A program made the translations under genes and the position numbers. From Scenedesmus sp. PABB004 (taxonomy: Eukaryota): a stretch of 64,000 nucleotides of DNA. Below are positions 25,021 through 40,900 of the stretch, in pieces (position 1 is the stretch's first letter; every line of letters begins with the position of its first letter). The notes under the pieces were generated by a model that was given only the letters and a program-made list of their open reading frames with translations, was not told the DNA's origin and searched no databases. Where the stretch lies: contig CM026547.1 of NCBI GenBank assembly GCA_014905635.1, positions 248,001-312,000 of the forward strand, given 5' to 3'.

Positions 25021-26145
25021 TCACGCGCCCAGCAGCAGCAGCCGCCGCCCGCACGGCTCGCCGGCGGCCGCGCAGCGCCCGCCGCAGCAGGTCGTGCCGG
25101 GCGCACAGCACGCGCCGCCGCAACACGTGTTATCAGGCGCGCAGCAGAGTCCGCCGCAGCACGTCGAGCCCGCGACGCAGCACCTCCCGGCGCAGCAGCT
25201 GCCCGTGCAGCACGTCCCGCCGCAGCGGAACCCGCACCGGCCGTTGCCGCAGTCGGCGCCGCAGTCCTGGGCCACCGCGGCCTGGCGCGTGTTGGGCGCC
25301 GGCATGATGGCGGGCAGCGGCGCCGGCAGCGGCTGCGCGGGGATGGGGACCGGCCCCGGCCGCGCCTTGGGCGCCGCCTCGGACACGGCGCGCGGCCGCC
25401 GCGGCCGGGGGCCGGCGCCCGCCGGCCGCGGCCGCGGCAGCGGCACGCCGACGGCGGGCGCGATCGCCGGCGGCGCGGGGCGCGCGGGGATGGGCTGCAC
25501 GTCCGCCGCCGCGCCGTCCAGCGTCGGCGCCTCCTGCACGATGGGCTCGTCACCGGGGTAGGCCTCGTCATACGGCTCGTCCAGGCCGCCGCCGGGCGAT
25601 GCCGGCGCGGGCTTGGGCGCGGCCGCGGGCGCCGGCTCGGGCTTAGGCATGGGCCCGGTCGCAGCCTTGGGCGCCGCCTCTGCCACCGCCGCCGCCGCCT
25701 TGGGCGCGGGCGCCGGCGACGGCGCGGCCGCTGGCACGGGCTCGGCCGCGGCCGTGGCCTTGGGCGCAGCCTGTGCCCCCGCCGCGGTCGCCACGGCCGC
25801 AGTCGCGGGCTTGGGCGTGGGCGGCGCCGCCGCGGGCGTCGCCACTGGCGCCACCACCACCGCGGGCGCCGTGGGCGTCGGGGGCGCGTCCGGCGCCAAC
25901 GTCACCGGCTGCTGCTGCTGCAGCTGCTGCTGCTGCAGCTGCTGCTGCTCCTGCTGCCACGCCGAGCTGAGCCACGCCGCGATGAAGGGCAGCGCGAAGA
26001 ACTGCTGCGACTGCGCGCCCTTCGCGGCCTGCGCGCCCGTCGCGCCCGTCGCGGCCTGCTCGACCGCCGCCGCGCGGCCGAGTGCGAGCAGCACCACCAG
26101 CGCCGTGGCGCTGCGCCTCCGGCCCGCCGTGCCGAGGCCATCCAT
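25021..26145 (-). CDS. Secreted Pro/Ala-rich protein with Cys-rich C-terminal repeats (intronless)
   Basis: MDGLGTAGRRRSATALVVLLALGRAAA signal-like start, APKA-rich stalk, C-terminal CCTGSCCAGRCCVAGSTCCGGLCCAPDNTCCGGACC, and a minus-strand TGTAA near 24974-24978. Confidence 0.8.
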   Translation of the reverse strand: MDGLGTAGRRRSATALVVLLALGRAAAVEQAATGATGAQAAKGAQSQQFFALPFIAAWLSSAWQQEQQQLQQQQLQQQQPVTLAPDAPPTPTAPAVVVAPVATPAAAPPTPKPATAAVATAAGAQAAPKATAAAEPVPAAAPSPAPAPKAAAAVAEAAPKAATGPMPKPEPAPAAAPKPAPASPGGGLDEPYDEAYPGDEPIVQEAPTLDGAAADVQPIPARPAPPAIAPAVGVPLPRPRPAGAGPRPRRPRAVSEAAPKARPGPVPIPAQPLPAPLPAIMPAPNTRQAAVAQDCGADCGNGRCGFRCGGTCCTGSCCAGRCCVAGSTCCGGLCCAPDNTCCGGACCAPGTTCCGGRCAAAGEPCGRRLLLLGA

Positions 26146-26655
26146 TAAAGACGACTCGGTGTCCCTGTTTTGGCGGTCGCGGGTGGCGCGGCCAGCGGTG
26201 AGGCCGCCGCGGCAGGCCAGCGCAGCGGAGCGGAGCCCGCCGCCGCAGCCCGGGCCCCCACGGCGCCCGGGCCGCGCGACGCGATCGCCGTAACTCACAG
26301 TAGCTCGACGAGCTCTCCGCGCGTCCCGGGGCTTCGCGGCGGCCTCGCGGGCCGGAGTGGGGCGGGCCCCGCGCTCAGGCGGCCGCGTACTCGGGCTGGC
26401 AGCGAGTTAAGCAAAGGCCTAGAATCGATGCCAGTGCCTGGCCGCGGCGGCGGGGCTCCCGACACCCTGGGCGGCGGCGCAGCGTGACGGCCGTCACTGG
26501 CGCGGTGCGCGGCCACCAGGCTGACGGCGGCTCTGCGGCTGGCCGGCGCGGCGCGGGAGCTCGGTCTGTCACACACAGAGGCTTTGAGTCGTCGCGCCAT
26601 GCCGCGCCGCGCGCCGGCACCGCAGCTCCCCCGGCCCGGCGCGGCGTCGGCCACC

Positions 26656-30379
<3,724 letters not shown>

Positions 30380-30613
30380 AGCTGCGCGCGGGCTGGGCCG
30401 GTCAGGACGATATCGGGCGAGCTCGGGACGTCGCTCGACCTTGCGGGATGGTGTGGGCGCGCTGGGGCGCGGCAGCAGCAGCGAGGTGACCTGTCGGGAG
30501 CCGGTCGTCAGAAAGACTGCGCGCTCGCTGGCTCGTGCTGGACGGTCGCACAGGAGCCCGCTCGTTGCAACACGCCACAGAACCGCCGCACCGCCGCGGC
30601 TCCGCCGCGGGGC

Positions 30614-32447
30614 TCACGCCTGAGCGGCGCCGCCGCCGTCGCGGCCGATCGTGTCGAGCGTCTCCACGCCGCGCGGCGCGCCGCCGCGCAGCGCGCGCAC
30701 GCGGGCGCCGCCGGGCCCGCCCCAGAGGCCTTCGAGGTCGTAGAAGGCCCGCGCGCGGGGGGTCAGCACGTGCACCACGACGCCGCCGGCGTCCAGCACC
30801 GCCCAGTCCGACGCCGAGTCGCCCAGCACCGCCAGCGGCGGCAGCCGCGCGTCGTCGTCGGCGACGGCGGCGGCGCCGTCGTCGCTCGCGCCGCCGCCCG
30901 CCGCGCCCGCCGCGCTCGCGCGCTGCTGCAGCAGGCCGCGCGCCTTCTCGCGCAGCTGCCACGCCACCGCCTCGGCGCACGCGTGCGTGTGGCGCTGGCT
31001 CAGCCCGCTGGCGACGACGAGCTGCCGCGTCAGGCCGGCGCGCCCGCTGCGGCGCGCGCGGGCGGCAGGGGCGGCGGGCGCGGCGCGCTCAGCCTCGGCG
31101 CGCGGGCGCGGCCGTGCCGACCGGGCCTGGCAAGGCACCTGGCAGCTGCCGCCGCCGCCAGGGCCGCTCACCTCACGTCGACGACGCACACGTCCTGCGC
31201 GCGCGCCGCCTGCAGCCAGCGCCCCACCTCGTCCACGCACAGCACCTCCTCCAGCAGCCGCTGCCGCGCCGCCGCCGCGGCGCGCACCGCCGCGGCGCGC
31301 GGGCTGCCGGGGCCCGGCGCCGCCGCGTCCTGCTGCCGCTGCTGCAGCTCGGCGCCCCCGCGCTCGCTGCTGCCCCGGGCGCGTCCGCCTGCGCCCAGCC
31401 GGCCTCGCCCTCCAGCCACGCGGCGTAGCCCGGCGCCGGCGCCGCCGCCGGGGCGCCGTGGCCGCCAGCGGCAGCGGTGGCCTGCTGCGCCGCGCGCTGC
31501 TCCTGCAGCAGCAGCGCCACGCGGCGCAGCAGCAGGGGCTTTGCGCCGTACGTTGGCGCCTGCGCGTCCTCCAGCAGCGACGCCAGCTGCTGCGCCTGCA
31601 GCCGGTTCAAAACCCCGGCGTGCGCCGGCCCGGGCTGCTTCCTGCTGCGCTCCGGCGCGCCGGCACCCGCCGCCGCCGCCGCCGCCAGCGCTGCCGCCGC
31701 CTCGTCCGCGGGCACGCCCGCCTGCTGCAGCAGCTGCTGCAGCTGCGCCGGCAGTCGCTGCCTGCGCGCAGGCGCGGAGCGGCAGGGTGCGGGTGAGCGG
31801 CGCAACGGGCGGCCGCGCGCGCGAGGCCCGCCAGCGCCGCCGACGCCGCCGAGCGCCCACCTCGCGAGCGCGGGGCTCGGCAGCGGCGCCCACGGGTCGG
31901 TGGCGCCGCCGCTCGGCAGCGGGTGCCAGGCGCTCACGCGCGGCGGCGGCGCGCTGCTGCTGCTGCTGCTTGGCGGCGCGCCCGGCTGCGCCTGCTGCGC
32001 CTGCTGCTGCTGCACCGGCCCCGCCGCCGCCGCGGCCGCGGCCGTGGCCAGGCGCTGCTGCAGCTCCGCGTCAAACAGCTCGGCGAGCAGCGCCTCCGCG
32101 TCGTCGCCGGCGCCCGCCGCGCGGGGCTGCGCCGTGAGCAGCTGGTCCAGGCTGATGGGGTTGACCTCGTGGGCGGCGGGGCCGGCCCGCTCGTCATTGC
32201 CGCCCCCGCGCGGCGCGGCGCCGCCGTGCAGCCGGCGCCGCTGCGCTGCCGCCGGCGCCGCCAGGCCGCTCGGCGGCGGCGCTGCAAGGCCCACCAGAGA
32301 GCGCGCGTGGTGGTGGTCCGCAGCGGCACTGGACGCGGCCAGGCAGCCCGCCAGCGCGCCCGACGGCGCCGCGGGGGCGAGCGCAGCGGTGCGCCCGCCG
32401 CTGCGCTGCAGCGCCGACACCGTGCAGGCCACGGCGCGCCGCAGCAT
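30614..32447 (-). CDS. Ribosome silencing factor RsfS / Iojap-like protein, probably mitochondrial (3 exons)
   Basis: LQAARAQDVCVVDV, LVVASGLSQRH and DWAVLDAGGVVVHVLTPRARAFYDLEGLW, with an MLRRAVAC transit-like start. Confidence 0.9.
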
Positions 32448-32690
32448 CGGCGCGTTGATCACGCAAGCTGCCACTCTCTCGTGCGGACCAGGCGCGCTGG
32501 GAGCCCGCCGCTGGGCGGCGCACGGCGCCGGCGCCGCTGCCGCGCGCTGTCAATGGCGGCTGCGGCTTGCCGCGGTCCGGCCGTGTTTGCGGGCGAGCTG
32601 GGGTGTAGCGGAACGAACGATGGGCGAGCTGCCGGCGGCGCAGAACCCCAGACCGCGGCAACCGCCCGCTGCGTGCAGCTCGCCCATCGT

Positions 32691-35600
32691 TCACCGCCGT
32701 GCACGAGACGGCGCGCGTCCCCCTCCCCCGCCGCCTGACTCGTCGCCGCCCAGGCGCGCGCGGTACGCCGCCACAAACTCGTCCGGGCTCTCCAGCGCCT
32801 TGATCGCGCGCCAGTAGACGCGGCCGCCGCCGCCGCGCGCGGCGCGCTGCTCAAAGAGCGCAAACTCCACCCACAGCTCCGCGTCGGAGCCGCCGTACGC
32901 CGCGGCCCAGGCGTCATACACGGCGCGCGCGCGCGCGAGCGCGCCTGCCGCCGGCGGCGCCTGCGCCTGCTGCGCCGGCGGCGGCGCCCCGGCGTCGTCG
33001 CTGCCGGCCTCCTCCAGCGCGGCCATCGCGCGAAACATGTCGCCGCCCGCCGGCGGCAGCAGCGCGAGGCGCCGCCACAGCGCGCGCGCGGGCTCGGCGC
33101 CGGACGCGCGCCACGTCGCGCGCAGCAGTGCGCCCGCGGCGGCGCCGAGGCCGCCGCGGCACGGGCCGGCCGCCGCGGCGCGCGTGACGGCGTCCACGAG
33201 CGCGCGCTGCAGCCCGGGGAGCTGCGCCGGCCGCGCCGCGCCCAGCTCCGCCGCGCGGCGCCACAGCTGCTCCGCCTCCGGCGCGGGCACGTGGCGCAGC
33301 GCCTGGCTGACCAGCTCCAGCAGCAGGCCGTCGGCGTCGCCGCCCCGCGCGGCGCCGGCCTCGAGCCGCAGGCGCGCCTCCCACGCCGCGCCGTCGGCGG
33401 GGTGCGCCTCGCACGCCAGGCGCGCCGCCCGGAGCGCGACCTGCGGGGCGGCGGGCGGTGGGGCAGCGTCGGCAACGACCGCGGCGCGGCCCTCGTGGCG
33501 GCAGCGCCACACACAGCCAACGCCAGGCACATGTCAACGGCACGCAGCAGCGCCGCCCGCCGGCTGGCTCAGCTAGGAGCGAAAGACGTGATGGTAGTTT
33601 ATCTTCAGCGGTTGTTCAGATGAACTATGCATGAAAGGGGATCATCAGCGCCAGGCCGGGGCGGGCGCGACACACGACAGCAGCCACACACGACGACACA
33701 CGCGGCGACAGCCGCAGCAGCCCGCGCGCACGCCGCGCCACGCCGCGCGGCGGCCCGCCCGCCGGCGCGCACCTTTGGCTGCTGCAGGCGCTCCGCGAGG
33801 CCGACCCACTGCGCGTAGAGCGCCGGCGCCGCGGCGCCCGCGCCGTGCGCGCGCAGCATCACGCCAAAGAGCGCGGCCGCGCACGCGGCCGCGGCCGGCA
33901 GGCGCGCCGGCTCGGGCATGAGCGCGTCGAGGCGGTCAGAGAGATAGCGGCAGTACAGGCGGTACGCCTCGCCCGCCGCCGCGCCGCTCAGCGCCGGCTG
34001 CACCTGCTGCTCCTGCTCCTGCTCCTGCTCCTGCGCCGCGCCGCCCCGGCTGCCGGCGCCGCGCCGCCGCTTGCTGGCACGGCCCGCGGGCGCCGGCGCG
34101 GCGGCGGCGCCGCCCAGGAGGCGCTCAAACTCCTGCGCCGCCGCCTGCACCGCCTCGGCGCTGGCGTCCGGGTCTGCCGGGTCGCATGCCGCGCGTGCGA
34201 GCAGGTCCGCCGCCTCAGGGTCCTGCGCGCGTGCGGCGGCCGGCGCGGCGCGCGCTCGCCGGGCTGCTCGCCTCGGCCCCGCCCGGCCGCGCGCCGCGCC
34301 GCCGCCCAGCCCGGCGCCGCCACGCCGCCGAGTCCTCCCGCCCTCCGCCGCACCTCCGGGAAGTCGCGCCGCACGCTGTCCAGCACCTCGCGCCGCAGCG
34401 CGGCCACGCCCGGCGCGTTGTAGCGTGCCAGCACGGCGAGGAAGCCCGCCCGGAAGCCCAGCGGGCTGCCCGCGCCGGCGTCGGCGCCGCCGCGGGTGAG
34501 GGGCACCGCCGGGGCTTTGAGGTAGTTGGCGCTGCCGGCGCCGACGCCGCGCGCCGACGCGGCCGCCGCCAGCGCGCGCTGGAAGACCAGCCGCGCGACC
34601 GCGCCCGTCAGCACCGCATTGACCGCGGCCTGCGCGTCCGCCGGCGGCGCGGCGCCGCCCTGCTCGCCGCCTAGCAGCAGCGCGCCCGGGCCCTGCTGCG
34701 CCCCGCCGGCGCCGCCCTCGTCTGCAGGGCCCTCCGCGTCCTCCTCCTCCCCCGCCGGCTGCTGCGCCTCGCCGCCCGCGCCGTCCTCCGCCTGCTGCTG
34801 CTGCTGCTGGCCGCGCCCGCGCTTCCTGCCGCCGGCGGCGGCGGCCGCCGCAGCGGGGGCGCCGCCGCCCTCGCCCTCCTCTGGCGGCGCGGCCGGCACG
34901 TCGAGCCCCATGACGCGCCGCCGCGCGATGAGCTTCTCCACATACATCAGCTCCTGCGCGCGGCACGACGCACGGCGCACGGCGCGCGTCACGGCGGAGC
35001 ACCCCCGGGCACGCCGCGGGCGGGGGCGGCGCAGGCGCCGCGCGGCGCGCCGCCGCCCGCAGCGGCTGCCTGCCCGCCGCCCCGCCAGGCGCGGCGGCTC
35101 ACCATGTCGAAGTATGCCAGCCACATCTGGGGGCTGTGCCGGCAGAGGCGCAGGCCCTGCTGCATCAGCGCGCGCGCGGCCGCGGGGTTGCCGTTGTGCT
35201 CAAACTCCCAGCCCGCGGCGTAGATCCACAGCCCCGGCTCGGTCGGGTGCAGCTGCAGCGCGCGCCCCGCGACGCGCCCGAGGCGGCGGTGGCTGCCGCT
35301 CGCGGCGCAGTACTCCAGCCAGGCCACCCAGAGCGACACGTCGTGCGCAAACTTGCGCACCGCGCGTTCGAATATGAAGTGCACGCGCCGCACGATGGCC
35401 CAGTCCGACAGGCCGCGCTTCTTGCCTGCGCGCGAGCGGGCGCGCGGGCGGGCGGGCGGGCGTGGGCACGCTGAGCGCCGCGCAGGGCGGGGCGCCGCCG
35501 CCGCCGCGGCCGGGGCGTGCACTGCCTGCCGCCCAGGGGCCGGCCGGCCGGCACGCACGCGCGCGGCCAGTGTGCTGCTGCTGGCGCGCAGCCACGCCCG

Positions 35601-36047
35601 GGCCGGTCGCACGCACCCGCGGTGTCCATCGCCGCACGCCGGTGCTGCCGCAGCTCCTCGAGCTTGGACTCGTACTCGATGTACCTGCGCGCACGCCAGG
35701 CGCGTGAGCCGCCGCTGAAGGCGCCCGACGGCGGCCAGCCGTCGCTGCGTGCAGCGGCGGCCGCCGCGGGCCGGCGGCGCGCGCGCGCGCACGCCCGCCC
35801 GCTGCGGCGCCGCCCCCGGGTGCGGGAACCGGCCGGCCGCTCCCCGGGCCCCGCGCCGCGCCGCGGCGGGGGGCGCGCACCGCAGGAAGTCCTCCTTGAG
35901 CGCCGCCTTGCGCTTGAGCAGGTACTCAAAGTCCTGCCGCCGCTTCACGATGGCCCTGACCTCGCTCCGCGTGAAGTACTTGCGCGCCACCATGTCCTCC
36001 AGCTCGGGGACCATCTCCTCCATCATGTAGCGCACGGTGTCGGCCAT
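32691..36047 (-). CDS. UTP6: U3 snoRNA-associated protein 6 (HAT repeats)
   Basis: MADTVRYMMEEMVPELEDM...IVKRRQDFEYLLKR...DFLRYIEYESKLEELR and LWIYAAGWEFEHNGNPAAARALMQQGLR. Confidence 0.93.
33564..33654 (-). ncRNA. Box C/D snoRNA, snR60/U80(SNORD80)/Z15 type, in the last UTP6 intron
   Basis: Minus strand reads ctggcgc-TGATGA...gcatagttcat-CTGA...ctgaaga...gtctttcgctcctag-CTGA-gccag. It has box C, D', C'-like and D elements, a 5-bp terminal stem, and two guides complementary to conserved LSU rRNA TGAACTATGC and TAGGGGCGAAAGAC. Confidence 0.9.
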
Positions 36048-36491
36048 CTTCGATGCGCAGCCCCCCGGGCGCCGGCGCCAAGCGAAGGGAGGCGCCGCGC
36101 GGCGCGGTGGGCGCCGGACGCGACCGGCGACGCGGGTGCGCGAGCGCAGGGCGCGCGGCGGCCGGACGGCGGGCCGGCGGGCGGCGGCCGCTGCTGCTGC
36201 CGCTGCGGGCGGCGCGGCCGAGAGCGCTGCTGCCGCTGCGGCTCTCCTGTGCGCGCGCGGCGCGCAGTGTTGTGGCGGGCCGGGCGCTCGCCACGTCAAG
36301 TTGCGTCGCGGCGCCGAGCGGCCGCGCTTCAGCGAGACCGCCGCCGCCTCGTCCCTCGCCTCTCGCGCAACGCCCAGCCACGCGCACAATCCCGCGCTTC
36401 ATCACGACGCCGCCGACGGCCCCGGGCCACCCGCCGTGCCCAGCCGGACACCGCCCGCGCCCGCCGCCGCGCCCGCCACACACCGGCAGCG

Positions 36492-37672
36492 ATGGCGGCG
36501 CTCGGCGCCTGGCGGCTGGAGCTGTTCTGCAAGTCGCCCGAGGAGCTCCGGGGCTCGACCCTGCCCCTGCTGCGCCGCCTCGGCGTGCGGCGCGTGAACG
36601 TGCCGAACAAGGCCGCCGACGACCGGCTGCTCGAGCGCGTCGCCGCGCTGCAGGCGCGGCGGCCGCGGCACGCCTGGCCCGCGCGGCGCGCCTGGCCCGC
36701 GCGGCGCGCCTGGCCAGGCTGCTGCCGCCGCGTCCCACAGCCCGCGCGCCCGCGCAGGAGGGGCTGCCGGGCGCCGAGGTGTGCGTGCACTACTCGATGA
36801 AGTACAACTACGCCCGCACGCCCGCCGCGACGCTCGCGCGGCTGCAGGCCTTCCTCGCCGCGCTCGCCGGCGCCGCGCCGCGCGGCGCGCGCCCCGCGAC
36901 CGTGCTGCTCGTGAGCGGCGGCGGCAAGCGCCGCGCGTTTGACTCGCTCGCCGCGCTGCAGGCGCTCGCCGCTGCCGCCCCAAGCCGCCCGCGTGCGCAG
37001 CCGCCGGGCGCGGCGGCAGCGCCGGCGGCCGGCGCAGCCGCGCAGCGCGGCGGCCGCCGCAAGCGCGGCCGCAGCCCCGAGCCGGGCGCCAGTGCGCCGG
37101 GGCCGCAGCAGCAGCAGCAGGAGCAGGAGCAGCAGGAGCAGCACGAGCAGCAGGCGTGGCAGGCGCAGCTGCCGCCGCTGGCGGTCGCGTTCAACCCCTA
37201 CCTGCCCGAGCCGGAGCAGGCGGCCGAGCGCACGCGGCTGCGCGCCAAGCTCGCCACGGGGCTCGTCGCCGCGGTGTACCTGCAGATGGGCACCGACCTG
37301 GACGCGCTGGCGGCCGGCCTGGCGGCGCTGCGCGCGGCCGTGGCGGCGGAGGTGCCGCCTGGGCGGCCGGCGCCGTCCGTGCTCGGCAGCGTGTTCCTCC
37401 CCACGAAGCGCCTGCTGGCGCAGATGCGGTTCAGGCCCTGGAGCGGCGTGCTGCTGAGCGACGAGTACCTGAGCAGCGTGGCCGCCGCGACCGCGCTCAC
37501 GCGGCGCCTGCTCGCCGCGTACGACGCGGCCGGCGTCGCGCCGCTGCTCGAGAGCGCGGTGCGCAGCGACGCCGACGCGGCGGCGGCGGCGGGCCTGCTG
37601 TCGCTGCCGGCCCTGGGCGGCGGGCCTGCTGTCTCTGCCAGCCCAGGCGCCGAGCGCGCGCGTGAGGGTTGA
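36492..37672 (+). CDS. Conserved hypothetical protein, possibly MTHFR-like FAD-linked oxidoreductase fold (2 exons, GC-AG intron)
   Basis: RVNVPNK, VCVHYSMKYNY, VLLVSGGG, VAFNPYLP, ERTRLRAKL...VYLQMGTD and GSVFLPTKRLLAQMRFRPWSGV. The fold assignment comes from motif order only. Confidence 0.65.
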
Positions 37673-37962
37673 AGGGCGAGAACCCTTCGTTTGAACGCGG
37701 CGGCGCCGTGCGCATCGCGAGCTAGCCGGCCGCCGTCCCGCAGCGAGGCCTCGTCCATTCCCGCTCAGAGGCAGCAGCCCCGCGCGGACTCGAGCGAGCG
37801 AGCAGGCGCCCAGCCCCCCGCAGAGGAGCAGCGCGCCCCGGCTCGCCTGGCGCGCGGGCGTGCCTGATCGCTGCCGCCCCAGGCCCCGCCGCGGCCCTCA
37901 CACCTCCCGAAGCACGCGAGGGGGGCCTCGTGCCCGGCGCGCGTCGGGGGCCGCGGGAGCTG

Positions 37963-40900
37963 ATGGCGGACGACGGCCCCGCCCCCGGCGCCGATGGCGA
38001 GCGCGGCAGCATCACGCTGCTGCGGGAGCTTCCCCCGCGCCCCACGCAGCGCGTGTGCAAGATCTCGGCCGACCTGACGGCCGCGTCGGCGGGTGCGGCC
38101 CCGCGGCGCGGCAGCAGCGCCCGCTGCCGCGGCGCGCGCGCCGCTCACCGCCGCCGCCGCGCGCCGCAGAGCTGGACGCCGCCGTGTTCCCGGGCGGCCC
38201 TGAGGAGCAGGCCGCGCAGCTGGCGGCGTTTGAGGAGACGTGGGGCGCGATCACCGGCACGCTCAAGGCGCGGGCCGCGCAGCGCCCGCGCAGCAGCCGC
38301 GCCGCGGCGCGCGCGGCCGCGGCTCACGCCGCCGCGCCGCGTGCGCGCCCCCGCAATGCAGGAGCTGCAGCAGCACAGCCTGGCGCCGGTGTTTGCGGCG
38401 CTGCAGCAGTGGGCGGCGGACGGCGGCGCGGTCGACGGCGCGGGCCGCGCCGCCGCGCGCACGCCCGGCGGCGCGCTGCCGGCCATGGCCCTGTCGGTGG
38501 CGAGCAGCAGCAACACGTCCGCCATGTACGCCGCCCTGATCGTTGCGCTCAAGCAAAAGGTGCGGCCGCGCGGCGCGGCGGGGTGGTGCGCGGGCGGGCG
38601 CGGCGCGGCGCGGCGGCGCGCGGCCTCTGTCGGCCGCGACGCTCCCCCCCTCTCCCTTGCGCGCCCCGGCGGCTCCAGGGCCACCCCGTCGCGCTCATCA
38701 GCCCCCGCGAGGCGGCCGCGGGCGTGCCCTCGGTGGTCAGCGGCGCGCTGCGCCAGTTCCTGGGCGGGCCCTCGGCGGCGGACGACGTGCCGGCGCTCGT
38801 CGCCTGGTGGCAGGACGAGTGGGCGCGCGCGCACGGCGGCGGCGCGGGCGGCACGCCCAAGACGGCCGGCAAGGGCCGCGGCCGTGGCGGCGCGGCGGCG
38901 GCGGCGGCGGCGGCGAGCACGCCCGAGAAGCAGCAGCCGGCCGGCATGGACCTGGACGCCGCCACGCCGCCGGGCAAGGCCGCCGCGACGCCGCGCGAGC
39001 TGCGCGCGCGGCCGAGGGCGCCCGGCGCCGGCGCGCCGCCTCTGGCCGCGCCGGTGCTTGTGCTGCAGGAGGCCGACAGTGGCGACATGGAGGCCCTGCA
39101 GGAGCTGGTCGCGGCGCTGAGCGAGGTGCGGCGGCCGCGGCGCGCGCGGCAAGCGGCGCGCGGCGGCCGGCCGGCGCCCAGTCCAGTCCCCGCCGCTGCC
39201 GGCGGGCCGCGCCACGCGCCCGCCCACGCCGCCCGCCGCCGCCCGCAGGCGCGCGGCGCGGGCCTGCCGCTGGTGCTGGTGCTGGGCGTCGCGAGCAGCC
39301 CCGCGCTGCTGCTGCAGGTCCTCCCAAACGCGCTGCTGCGCCGCGTGAGCCTCGGCCTGCTGTCGCTGCCGCCGGCGCGGCAGCAGCTGGCACAGCTGTA
39401 CAGGTGCGCTCAGGGGCGCTCGGGGCGCGCGCGGCCGCGCGGCGTGGCCCCCGTTGAGCCGCCCGCGCGCCCGCGCCCACGCGCCGGCGCCCGGCTGCTG
39501 CCGCCGCCGCACGCAGGACGCTGCTGCTGGCGGCGCGGCCTCCGCTGCTGCTGGGCCCCGGCCTCGCGTCCTGGCTGCTGGCGCACTTCAGGGACGTCGA
39601 CTGCAGCGCCAGCATGGCGGAGCGCGTGGTGCGCCTCGCGGCGGTGCAGCATTTCCAGCACGAGCCGCTCAGCGCCCTCGCGCCCGCCGCGGCCTCGGGC
39701 AGCCGGCGCCGCCTCGCGGCCGCGGTGCGCGCCCTGCCGGCGCCGCAGCTGCGGCGCTGCTGCCAGGCGCTGCTGGAGCACCCGGCCGTTGCGGGCGCCG
39801 GCGGCGGCGCCGCCAGCCCCACCGGCTCGCCCGGCGCGGGCGGCGGCGGCGCCGCGGCCGACGCGCTGCGCGCGTTTGTGCGCGGCAGCGGCGGCGCGGG
39901 CAGCGACGGCGCGGCAGCCGCGCTCGAGGCCGCCGTGTGGGGCGGCGTGCAGGCGTTTGGCCGCTGGCGGCTGGGCGTGCTGCTGATGAGCATGGCCGCG
40001 CAGTACACAGGTGAGCTCGGGGGCGGGCGCGCTGGCGTCGCCGCCGCTGGCGCGTGCGCGTGCGCGTTGGCCCGCCGCGCTCACTCGCTCCGCCGCCGCC
40101 GCCGCCGCCGCTGCCCGTCGCGTGCAGGCGCCGCCGACGCGAGCGCGGCGCTGCAGCTGCCCGCGCTCGTGTCTGCCGCGTCGCAGGCCAGCTTCCTGCG
40201 CGTGAGGCGGCGGGGCATGCTCAGCGCCTGCGACCTGCTGCTGCTCAAGCTGCTGGGCGGCGGCGCCGCCGCCGCGGCGGGCGGAAGCGGCGGCGGCGGC
40301 GGCGGCGCGGGCAGCAGTGCCGCGGCCGCGGCTGCCGCGCCGCGCCGCGGCGTGCTCAGCGTCGACGCGCTGCCCGACGGCGAGGCGCTGGAGCTGCTGG
40401 AGAGCCTGGTAGCGCTGGTGGCGGGCGCGGCGGCGGCGCCGGGGCACGCCGGGGAGCGCGGCGGCGCCAAGCGGCGCACGGCGCGTGGCGGCGGCGACGG
40501 CACCAGCGGCAGCGACAGCGACGGCGGCAGCGCCAGCGACGGCGGCAGCGCCGACGACGAGGAGCAGGGCGCGCGCACCACGGCCGGCCGCAGCAGCGCC
40601 ATTGCGGCCTGCGCCGACGTGCAGCAGCTGCGCCAGGCGCTCGCGGCGCTGCGTGCGGCCGCGGCCGTGCCCGGGGCGGGCGGCGCCGCCGCCGCGGCGC
40701 CCGCGGGCGACGGCGGCGTGCTGGTCAGCCCCTCCAAGCGGCTCAAGCGCGGCGACGGGCAGCCCGCGCCGGCCGCGGCGGCGGCGCAGCAGGAGCAGCA
40801 GCGGCTGCTGGCAGAGTTTGCGGAGCAGTTTGCCGGCCTGCTCGCGCCGCTGCCGGAGCTGCTGGAGCCCGCAGCGGCGCCGCCGCCGCCCGGCGCCGCC

